Part shown: in pieces, positions 18,455 to 26,582 of the stretch
Layout of the letters: each line of letters begins with the position of its first letter
Numbering within the stretch: the first letter of the stretch is position 1
Assembly: GCA_964531375.1 (NCBI GenBank)
Contig: CAZHDO010000002.1
Span: 21,469 to 85,468 of the forward strand
DNA length: 64,000 nt
Direction of reading: 5' to 3'
DNA from: an uncultured Candidatus Saccharibacteria bacterium
Lineage (GTDB): Bacteria; Patescibacteriota; Minisyncoccia; Phycocordibacterales; UBA12445
The notes under the pieces: generated by a model
The model's input: the letters and a program-made list of their open reading frames with translations, nothing else
Database searches by the model: none
What the model was told of the DNA's origin: nothing
Program-made: the position numbers and the translations under genes

Positions 18455-20437
18455 ATGAACAAAGCTGATGAATTAAATGATAAACAAAAAGAGGCGGTGG
18501 CGCATAAAGATGGGCCACTTTTAATTGTAGCGGGGGCGGGGGCGGGAAAAACAAAAACAGTAACACACAGAATCGCTCATCTTATAAAATCAGGTATTGA
18601 ACCAAAGAGAATTCTTGCTGTTACATTCACAAACAAGGCCGCAAAAGAGATGAATGACAGAGTAAGACTTCTTATCCAAGCTAATCCTTTTTCAACTCCA
18701 GCAGGTTTTCCTTTTATAAGCACGTTTCACTCGCTTGGGGTTCACATTCTTAAAGAAAATGCTGAAGCGCTTGGGCGAAGCAAATATTTTTCGATCTTAG
18801 ATAGTGACGAATCGTTCTCTTTTGTAAAAAAAGCAGCAAGAGACATTGGACTTGACCCAAAAACGGTGAATATTAAGGGTATTCGCAATACGATATCTTC
18901 AAACAAGAACAAAATGATTTCGATTTCCGAATACCAAGACCAACCTTCAAATTTCTTCAAAGATACAACACTCAAGGTTTGGAGGAAATATGAAGACTTA
19001 CTTAAAGACAGCGAGGCCTACGACTTCGACGATCTTATCTTAAAAACAGTCCTGCTTTTTAAAAGCAATAAAGAAATTTTAAATTATTACCAGACACTCT
19101 GGCAGTATATTCACATTGACGAGTATCAGGACACAAATATTGTACAGTACGAGCTTTCACGGTTACTCGCTGAAAAACACATGAACATTTGTGTTGTAGG
19201 AGACAGCGACCAAGCCATTTACAGCTGGAGGTCTGCTGATTTCAGAAATATCCTTAATTTTGAAGATAATTTCCCTGGCGCAAAGACGGTTTTACTGGAA
19301 GAAAACTACCGCTCTACCAAGAACATACTCGAGCTGGCAAACAAGGTTATTCAAAAAAACAAGCTTCGAAAGGAGAAAAACCTTTTCACAATGAATAAAG
19401 ATGGCGAGAAAGCGGTTCTTTACGAAGCGATAGATGAGGGTGACGAAGCGAACTTTGTCATCAAAAAAGTTAAAGACCTTGTGAACACACAAAAGGTTGA
19501 TCCGTCTCAAATAGCATTACTTTATCGTGCGAACTTCCAATCACGTGTTCTTGAAGAACATTTCATTAGAGCAGGACTTCCTTACCAAATACTCGGAACA
19601 AGATTCTATGAACGCAAGGAAATTAAGGACATAATTGCTTTTATAAAATTTGCGCTTAATCAGAAAGACAAAGAGGCCTTTGTTCGAATAATAAACGTAC
19701 CACCAAGGGGAATAGGTAAGGTTACTCTTGAAAAGATTCTCGCAAACAAAGAATCCGAGATACCACAGGGCACACGGGACAAAATCGCCGAATTTAAAAG
19801 AAAAATAGACAAAATCAAAGACGTTCTTTTTAAGGAAAAACTTTCTGAAGCTATTAAATTCATAGTTAAAGAAACAGGAATGGACGTTGCTTTTATGGAA
19901 GAAGGCAAGGAAGAGGGGGTTGATAGAATGGAAAACATCCGAGAATTGGCCAACATTACGACCAAATACGATATACTTTCAAAAGAAGAAGCGCTCGATA
20001 AGTTCCTTACCGACACCTCACTTATGTCTGACCAAGACGCAATAATGGATAAACAAGCAAAAAACGGAGTGCGATTAATGACAGTTCACGCCTCAAAAGG
20101 CCTTGAATTCAAATACGTTTTCATTGTTGGCCTAGAACAAGACCTGTTTCCACACAAAAGCTTTGGTGATGAGGAAGTCAGCGACCCAGAAGAGGAGAGA
20201 CGCTTATTCTATGTTGCGATCACAAGAGCCCGAGAAAAACTATTCCTTTCTTATGCGGTATCAAGAATGATTTTTGGCACCAGGCAAATGAATATGCCAT
20301 CAGAATTTCTATCTGACATAGATGAATCTCTCGTAAATGTCGAACAAAATCAGTCATTTTCTTCCGGATACAATGGCGGCAAATCAAAAAGCTATTACAA
20401 AGAAGAAGACGCCATAATTTGGGACTGTTTGGGGTAA
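18455..20437 (+). CDS. pcrA: ATP-dependent DNA helicase, UvrD/PcrA/Rep family.
   Basis: Motif I AGAGAGKTKT, motif Ia TFTNKAAKEM, motif II DEYQDTN, and C-terminal VAITRAREKL. 660 aa. Confidence 0.85.
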   Translation: MNKADELNDKQKEAVAHKDGPLLIVAGAGAGKTKTVTHRIAHLIKSGIEPKRILAVTFTNKAAKEMNDRVRLLIQANPFSTPAGFPFISTFHSLGVHILKENAEALGRSKYFSILDSDESFSFVKKAARDIGLDPKTVNIKGIRNTISSNKNKMISISEYQDQPSNFFKDTTLKVWRKYEDLLKDSEAYDFDDLILKTVLLFKSNKEILNYYQTLWQYIHIDEYQDTNIVQYELSRLLAEKHMNICVVGDSDQAIYSWRSADFRNILNFEDNFPGAKTVLLEENYRSTKNILELANKVIQKNKLRKEKNLFTMNKDGEKAVLYEAIDEGDEANFVIKKVKDLVNTQKVDPSQIALLYRANFQSRVLEEHFIRAGLPYQILGTRFYERKEIKDIIAFIKFALNQKDKEAFVRIINVPPRGIGKVTLEKILANKESEIPQGTRDKIAEFKRKIDKIKDVLFKEKLSEAIKFIVKETGMDVAFMEEGKEEGVDRMENIRELANITTKYDILSKEEALDKFLTDTSLMSDQDAIMDKQAKNGVRLMTVHASKGLEFKYVFIVGLEQDLFPHKSFGDEEVSDPEEERRLFYVAITRAREKLFLSYAVSRMIFGTRQMNMPSEFLSDIDESLVNVEQNQSFSSGYNGGKSKSYYKEEDAIIWDCLG

Positions 20438-21660
20438 GTAGCAATATTAAATCATTAATTTTTATGAAATTAGAAAGTTTTGGAGAACAAAAAGGGAAAA
20501 TTAGGGAAATAGACACGAAGAATCCTGAATCTCAAAAAAATATTGAGGTTATGAAAATCCCAGAAATTGTTTTTGAAGAAGACTGCGGGGCGCAAATATT
20601 CTCTTTGATTAGAAAAGCAAGAGAGCCAGAGTGGGGCGAGACAAAAACGGAAATTGCAAGAGAAACCGTTGAATATTTTAAAGAAAATCCACTTGGAAAA
20701 GAACTTAAGGACTACCTTAATTACCTAAAAGAAAATGGTTTTGATGAAGAAACCCTATACAACATGGCTTTAATTTACAAACACGCAGAAAGACAAGAGG
20801 CGATGTTTGATATAGCCAAAAGATATAAACCACATATTAAAATTCCAAGTTCCGAATGGTCAAAAATAACTGAAAATTTTATAGATGAACTTGAAGAGTT
20901 TGATAAATCATTTTTCAGCTCAGATTTGGGTAAAAAATTCAAATCCCAAACGGAAAATGATATACAAGAAAGAATCAAGAAATCGGAGGAAACAAAAAAA
21001 TTAGTTCGGGATTTAATAGCGTTTTTCAAGCCAGATGCCAAAACAACCACAACAAAGAAATTAAATTATATGCCGACAGATTTTCTTTACAAAAAGAACT
21101 CCGGACGAAATTTTCGTTTTGGAAATGAACAGCTGATTACTTCACACATAGAAAATGTCGATAATCAAAAACATGAATTTTTACACGGGGTGATTAACCC
21201 TATCGTTGATAAATTAAAAGATGTTTTAACAATAGAGCAAAAAGAAAAAATATCAAAACTGGCGCGTGAGGGCTTAAAGAAAGATTATGGGGAAAATTAT
21301 TATAGTCTGCTTTGCGAAGAGCTTATTAGAACTTTTAATGATGTCGTTGAAAAAGAGGAAACACCTTATTTTGAAAATTTTAAGATAAAAGTTGAAAATC
21401 TTAAAGAAAATCAATTTCAAGAACACTTACAGAAAGATAACAAATTCAAAGAGGGGTGCAGAGGACTTAGTATAGAAAACCCTGAACAACTTAAAGAAAA
21501 AGTACAATTATTTTTTGATAATTTTGTAAAAAACCCTTTGCGTGAAATAATTTTTGAGATATATCAAAAATATTCTAGAGTTAAAGATGAACCAAGTATT
21601 AATTTCGAAAATTTCTTTTTAAGTAATTTTGTTGAATTTTTAAATAAAAAAATAAAATGA
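20419..21660 (+). CDS. Hypothetical protein with an HExxH motif.
   Basis: 413-aa ORF containing NQKHEFLHGV. The start could instead be MKLESFGEQ at 20464. It shares a GNxxITxxIxxxxN...HExxH block with the ORF at 22270. Confidence 0.45.
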   Translation: MGLFGVSSNIKSLIFMKLESFGEQKGKIREIDTKNPESQKNIEVMKIPEIVFEEDCGAQIFSLIRKAREPEWGETKTEIARETVEYFKENPLGKELKDYLNYLKENGFDEETLYNMALIYKHAERQEAMFDIAKRYKPHIKIPSSEWSKITENFIDELEEFDKSFFSSDLGKKFKSQTENDIQERIKKSEETKKLVRDLIAFFKPDAKTTTTKKLNYMPTDFLYKKNSGRNFRFGNEQLITSHIENVDNQKHEFLHGVINPIVDKLKDVLTIEQKEKISKLAREGLKKDYGENYYSLLCEELIRTFNDVVEKEETPYFENFKIKVENLKENQFQEHLQKDNKFKEGCRGLSIENPEQLKEKVQLFFDNFVKNPLREIIFEIYQKYSRVKDEPSINFENFFLSNFVEFLNKKIK

Positions 21661-22094
21661 GAATGCTTTTTGTTTGTAAGGGAAATATGTTTAGAAGCGT
21701 AATGGCAGAAGCCATCTATCGAAAAATAACAGGCAGTCGGGGTGTCATTTCGGCTGGCACGTATGTTGGGGCACCAGACGAACCAGAAGGCCGTATTTTG
21801 TCCGATTTATATGCCGAAGATTCCAAATTTTTTAAAATTATGGACGAGCATGGTATAAATATTCGAGACAAAAGAACAAAAAGACTAACACCTAAAATGG
21901 TAAACGATGCCGACATAGTAGTCTCGATGGCACAAGAGCCATTTATTCCCGATTTCCTTAAAAATAATAAAAAAGTAATCTGGTGGCAAATTGCCGACCC
22001 AGATAGCCATACCATAGATTTTCTTGAAGAAACTTATAGAAAACTAGAGACACTTATAACCGAACTCGTTAAAAAAAATAATCAAACCTCATAA
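21657..22094 (+). CDS. Low-molecular-weight protein tyrosine phosphatase / arsenate-reductase-like.
   Basis: P-loop VCKGNMFRS (CX5R(S/T)) at the N-terminus and a DP motif later. Confidence 0.8.
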   Translation: MRMLFVCKGNMFRSVMAEAIYRKITGSRGVISAGTYVGAPDEPEGRILSDLYAEDSKFFKIMDEHGINIRDKRTKRLTPKMVNDADIVVSMAQEPFIPDFLKNNKKVIWWQIADPDSHTIDFLEETYRKLETLITELVKKNNQTS

Positions 22095-22269
22095 ACCATG
22101 CTAAAATTGAATTTTTAATGTATTTTTAAAATAAGATGAAAAATAATCCAGAAAATCCAAATATAAAACAAAACAGTAAAGAAGAGGAAAAACTAGAATA
22201 TGACAAGAAGTTTTGGATTAAAATGTCTTTGGTTTTGAGTTTGCTTTTTCCTGAAGTAAGCGGGGGGGG

Positions 22270-23298
22270 GTGCGAGAAATGCTCATAAAAACAGAAAAGG
22301 TTAAGATTATAAAATCGCACGAGGCCACAAAAGAAGACCGAGAAAGCAACAAGTACTCAAAAGAAATACAAAAAGAAGCGGTCTTGGAAATATTTATGAG
22401 AGGGAGGTCTTATGGCAAAACTCGTGCGGAAAACATAAAACTCAACCCAGAAAATAACCCGAAAAAAGAACCAAAAATTGAAGTTCCTGATGATTTCATA
22501 ATCCCAGGGGCCAAAGAAATGATCACCTCGGCCATAAACAAGCTTCCACAGACAATAACGACAAACATAAGAAGTATTACCTGTACTAATGAAAAAAGAG
22601 AACTGCCAGATGATCTAGGTATAAAAGGTTTTGAGCTTGCACATGCAGATTTTAACGGAAATATTTTCATTACAGGCGGCATTTCTCAAGAAAAAAACTT
22701 AGTGCTAGATAAAATAATTTTTCATGAATGCGGGCACTTTTGTTTCGAATACAACGCGCTACTATCCGACGAAGAAAAATTTAGCCTTATTAATAAAATA
22801 AAAAATAGGGTTATTTCGAGCGATAATTTTTGGAGCAATTATGTGTCACAGATTAAAAATAAAGATAAAAAAACAGAACTTTTAAGAAAAACAGTGGAAT
22901 ATTTTTCCGAAATTATTTCCGCATACTATATGAATAACCCATCGTTGCCTGAAGAAGATGTCGCCATACTAAAAGAATTTCGAATTATCACAGAAGAAAC
23001 TGAAAACTACAAAAAAGCAATAATAAAATTAGCTTCTATTGAAACATATGTTCGTATTTATTATCAAAAGTTCAACCCACAAAACCGTGACTCTATTACC
23101 AAAATACTAAAAGCAAGACGACTAGAGGTTGATAATATTAAAGAAGAAGCTACTTCTCTTTTTAATAAAAAAGAAGAAGATTACGCTGGCGACCTGAACA
23201 AACTAGAAATGGAAATTATAAAAACAATAAATGACGTCAATGTGGAGATTGAAAAAGAAATAGAAAAAGACAAAAACCAACACAAAAAAGTTAAATAA
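22270..23298 (+). CDS. Hypothetical protein with a zincin-like HExxH motif.
   Basis: IIFHECGHFCFEY. The C-terminal half is K/E-rich and helical. 342 aa. Confidence 0.45.
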   Translation: MREMLIKTEKVKIIKSHEATKEDRESNKYSKEIQKEAVLEIFMRGRSYGKTRAENIKLNPENNPKKEPKIEVPDDFIIPGAKEMITSAINKLPQTITTNIRSITCTNEKRELPDDLGIKGFELAHADFNGNIFITGGISQEKNLVLDKIIFHECGHFCFEYNALLSDEEKFSLINKIKNRVISSDNFWSNYVSQIKNKDKKTELLRKTVEYFSEIISAYYMNNPSLPEEDVAILKEFRIITEETENYKKAIIKLASIETYVRIYYQKFNPQNRDSITKILKARRLEVDNIKEEATSLFNKKEEDYAGDLNKLEMEIIKTINDVNVEIEKEIEKDKNQHKKVK

Positions 23299-23299
23299 A

Positions 23300-23761
23300 A
23301 TGAAAAAAATAATTATTGTATTTGATAAATTTTTATTTCTGCGCATGTTTGTTTTTTTAAATGATGGAATGTTTTATGCCGAATATTACTCTGTAGGGAC
23401 CGAGAGAAAAGAAGATGAAAATAAAATAGAAAATTTAAATAGATTAGTGACCGAAAATAAAGTAAAGATAATCGGATTAGAACCAGAGATAGGGGACAAG
23501 AAATCCGTTTTTTACACAAAAGACGTTAATTTAACTGACCCAAATTTCATAAATGCAGTTGAACAATATCTAACCGACGGAGAGTTATTTTCCAAGATAA
23601 TTCCTGAAGAAACAAAAAAGATGTTTCTTTTCCTAGAAGAAAGAAAGCTTACCTTGGAAATTAAAAAGGAACTATATTCAAAAATACTAAATTCCAACGA
23701 CGATTTCATATTAAATATGTCCAATCTAGTCAACAAGGCCGAAGAGACATTTAAAAAATAA
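23300..23761 (+). CDS. Hypothetical protein.
   Basis: 153-aa ORF lying 1 nt after the upstream stop. Confidence 0.4.
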   Translation: MKKIIIVFDKFLFLRMFVFLNDGMFYAEYYSVGTERKEDENKIENLNRLVTENKVKIIGLEPEIGDKKSVFYTKDVNLTDPNFINAVEQYLTDGELFSKIIPEETKKMFLFLEERKLTLEIKKELYSKILNSNDDFILNMSNLVNKAEETFKK

Positions 23762-23837
23762 AGAAACGGGTTGTGTTTATTGTATGATGTGATAATATGA
23801 TGACGTAATATATAAATTACTAAATAATACAAAAAAA

Positions 23838-24062
23838 ATGACCACAATATCTGTTCCCTTACCACAAGACTTGATTGCATATATAGAATCCGTAATCGAC
23901 ATGAACGAGGCAGAGACAAAAGCTGAAGTAGTAAGAAAAGCACTAAGAAAAATGAGGGAAGACGACTTAGTCGACAATCTACTAAAGGCAGAGCAGGAAT
24001 ATAAAAATGGGAAAACTCTAAAAGGTGACCTCCGAAAGCTACTAGGAGAAAATAATAAATAA
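23838..24062 (+). CDS. Ribbon-helix-helix antitoxin (ParD/CopG-like).
   Basis: MTTISVPLPQDLIAYIES...AEVVRKALRKM is the RHH antitoxin pattern. It lies immediately upstream of a RelE/ParE-like toxin gene. Confidence 0.6.
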   Translation: MTTISVPLPQDLIAYIESVIDMNEAETKAEVVRKALRKMREDDLVDNLLKAEQEYKNGKTLKGDLRKLLGENNK

Positions 24063-24323
24063 ATGAAAATCCATTATTCCTCTACTTTTTTCAAGAAAGT
24101 AAAAAGACTGGAAATTGACCTCCAAGAGGAAGTTTTAGAAAAAATAGAACTCATAAAAAACGGGAATAGCGCCAAACGTCTTAAAATCCACAAACTCCAC
24201 GGGCGACTCGGTAAAAGCTATGGTCTTTCAATAAATTATAAAATTAGGGCCATTTTTTACCACGAAAAGAATGGGGATATTGTATTTTTTGACGTAGGCG
24301 AACATGATCAAGTCTATAGATAA
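24063..24323 (+). CDS. RelE/ParE-family toxin.
   Basis: 86 aa. The C-terminus YKIRAIFYHEKNGDIVFFDVGEHDQVY matches the RelE/ParE core. Its ATG abuts the antitoxin stop. Confidence 0.65.
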   Translation: MKIHYSSTFFKKVKRLEIDLQEEVLEKIELIKNGNSAKRLKIHKLHGRLGKSYGLSINYKIRAIFYHEKNGDIVFFDVGEHDQVYR

Positions 24324-24335
24324 CACTATATATAA

Positions 24336-25130
24336 ATGGACGAATATTTTTCACCAAAAAAATCGCTGGGGCAAAACTTTCTGACGTCAGAAGGTGCACT
24401 CCAAAAAATAGTTGAGACTGCGGAAATCAATGAAAATGATGTGATTTTGGAAGTCGGACCAGGGAAGGGCGCTTTGACACTTGAACTTCTACATAAAAAA
24501 CCCAAAAAAATACTAGCAATAGAAAAGGACAAGGAACTTACACCACTTCTAGAAGAAAATTTTAAAAAATATACAGACGAAGGAATTTTAGACATACAAA
24601 ATGGTGATATTCTCGATTTTGAACCAGAAGATAACCCAACCTTAAAAGATGGCTATAAAATAGTCGCAAATATTCCTTATTACATTACCGGTCATTTTAT
24701 TAGAAAATTTCTAACAACACAGAATAAACCCTCAAAGATGGTGATTCTTGTGCAAAAAGAAGTAGCAGAAAGAATTGTAGCAAGAGACGACAAAGAAAGC
24801 CTGCTTTCTATAAGCGTGAAGGTGTTTGGCGAGCCAAAATACATAACGACCGTTAAAAAGGGCTCATTCTTCCCAGTGCCGAATGTTGATTCTGCAGTCC
24901 TACTTATAGATAAAATCAAAAGAGACTCCGATATTAAAGATGGTGATAGATTTTTTCAAATACTACACGCGGGGTTTGCCCAAAAAAGAAAAATGCTATT
25001 AGGAAACCTAGCCGACACGTTCGGAGGAAGGGAGCAGGCCGAGCAAAAACTTAACATTTGTAAAATAGACACAAAGAAAAGAGCAGAGGATATAAAACTA
25101 GAAGACTGGCTCTGTTTAGCGAATAAATAA
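24336..25130 (+). CDS. rsmA: 16S rRNA (adenine1518/1519-N6)-dimethyltransferase.
   Basis: KKSLGQNFL at the N-terminus, SAM site ILEVGPGKGALT, and NIPYYIT. Confidence 0.85.
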   Translation: MDEYFSPKKSLGQNFLTSEGALQKIVETAEINENDVILEVGPGKGALTLELLHKKPKKILAIEKDKELTPLLEENFKKYTDEGILDIQNGDILDFEPEDNPTLKDGYKIVANIPYYITGHFIRKFLTTQNKPSKMVILVQKEVAERIVARDDKESLLSISVKVFGEPKYITTVKKGSFFPVPNVDSAVLLIDKIKRDSDIKDGDRFFQILHAGFAQKRKMLLGNLADTFGGREQAEQKLNICKIDTKKRAEDIKLEDWLCLANK

Positions 25131-25151
25131 CAACCCGACTTGTCTATATTT

Positions 25152-25177
25152 TTACCTTTTGGAAACGACGTTTCCAA
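25152..25177. repeat. 26-bp perfect palindrome cttttggaaacgacgtttccaaaagg (copy 1).
   Basis: Identical to 25710-25735. The two copies bracket the hicBA module. Confidence 0.8.
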
Positions 25178-25224
25178 AAGGCAAAATGGTTTATTTTTTA
25201 TTTATTTTGTGGTAAATTTAACAT

Positions 25225-25443
25225 GTGAAAAAGTTAAATCTTAAAAACATAATCTGGAAAGAAGGCAAACACTACGTTGGTCAGTGTCTTAACGTTGATG
25301 TTTCAAGCTTTGGGAATACAAAAAAGGAGGCACTAAAAAATCTTGACGAGGCAATTGAGCTTTATTTTGAGGGTACTGATAAAATTGATTTCACCAAAGT
25401 TGTCCGTCCGGAAATTATTGCACTCTCAGTAAAATATGCCTAA
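25225..25443 (+). CDS. hicB: HicB-family antitoxin.
   Basis: KHYVGQCLNVDVSSFGNTKKEALKNLDEAIELYFE matches the HicB N-terminal domain. GTG start. It overlaps hicA by 8 nt. Confidence 0.6.
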   Translation: MKKLNLKNIIWKEGKHYVGQCLNVDVSSFGNTKKEALKNLDEAIELYFEGTDKIDFTKVVRPEIIALSVKYA

Positions 25444-25648
25444 ATTTTACTCTTCTAACCACATCATTAAAACCCTTGAAAGAAAGTGTTTTTGCTTTAT
25501 TTCACAAAAAGGTAGCCACGCTAAATATTATTCTGAAGCCTTTAAAAATACCGTTATTATTCCGACCGAAAGAAAACAAATTCCATTTGGAACATTTAAA
25601 TCGATACTTAGACAATCTGGACTTAAAAAAGAGGACTTCGAAAAATAG
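25436..25648 (+). CDS. hicA: HicA-family mRNA interferase toxin.
   Basis: IIKTLERKCFCFISQKGSHAKYY...TVIIPTERKQIPFGTFKSILRQSGL matches the HicA pattern (GSH...VPxH...GTLRSILKQAGL). Confidence 0.7.
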   Translation: MPKFYSSNHIIKTLERKCFCFISQKGSHAKYYSEAFKNTVIIPTERKQIPFGTFKSILRQSGLKKEDFEK

Positions 25649-25709
25649 CACGCGGGAATAACTCAACCGAAAAGTAACATTTTACCTTAAAATTATCCAC
25701 AGTTTTGGC

Positions 25710-25735
25710 TTTTGGAAACGACGTTTCCAAAAGGG
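25710..25735. repeat. 26-bp perfect palindrome (copy 2).
   Basis: Identical to 25152-25177. Confidence 0.8.
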
Positions 25736-25832
25736 GATTAAGTTATCCACATCTTTATCCGGAATTCGTACTTGCTTTTCAAAAGAAGTGTTATAATAAA
25801 TTGGGGATTATTGTTTCCCATTTTATAATATT

Positions 25833-26582
25833 ATGGATATTCTTCCTGGCGAAAATTTCTTTAAACGAGTGCTTATTTTAACGCTAATAACAGGCGGTTA
25901 CTTTTATTTTTCTTCTGGCACAAGAGCTAATATTACAAATACAGAAAATGGTACCATTCAAAAAATTGGAAATGCTGTGGTTTTTTCAAGAAACAAAGAT
26001 TCTGGTTCACCAAAGATGAACGAAATTAATGATTTGAATATCGTTAGCCAAAACCCAGAAACAAGCACCGCCAGTGTTTCAAACGCAATAAACCCAAACA
26101 ACCTTACTCAACTAAAGCTTTCTGATTTAAATATTGATAATAACAACACCACAAAAGACCTACAAACATACGCCAAAAACCTTTCTCTTGCTTTGAAGCC
26201 TTATTCTACTGATGGAATTCCAAACGAACTTGACCTTATGCTTCAGGTCGCAAAAAACCTGGACAATACCGCACTAAATAAAATAAGACTTTTATCACAA
26301 TTCCACGCTTTAATAGCCAAAGATCTCTCAAATATACAAGTTCCAAGCAGTGCTGGATGGAGACATTTAAATCTCACAAACAATTGCCTTAAAATTTCCT
26401 ATTTAGATAGCCAAATCGCAAACAATATCAACGACCCAAAGAAATTACCCTTATTATTAAACGATTTTCAAACTGAGACAAAATTATTCATTTCTACGAT
26501 AAACGACCTTAATCAGTTTTTCCTAGATAAAAAAATTATCTTTAACGACAACAACGCAATTTCAATAAAGCTAAAATTTTAA
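25833..26582 (+). CDS. Bitopic membrane protein, first gene of the T4SS-like cluster (VirB8-like topology).
   Basis: A single N-terminal TM segment (VLILTLITGGYFYFSS) followed by an extracytoplasmic domain of about 220 aa. The topology alone suggests VirB8. Confidence 0.4.
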   Translation: MDILPGENFFKRVLILTLITGGYFYFSSGTRANITNTENGTIQKIGNAVVFSRNKDSGSPKMNEINDLNIVSQNPETSTASVSNAINPNNLTQLKLSDLNIDNNNTTKDLQTYAKNLSLALKPYSTDGIPNELDLMLQVAKNLDNTALNKIRLLSQFHALIAKDLSNIQVPSSAGWRHLNLTNNCLKISYLDSQIANNINDPKKLPLLLNDFQTETKLFISTINDLNQFFLDKKIIFNDNNAISIKLKF

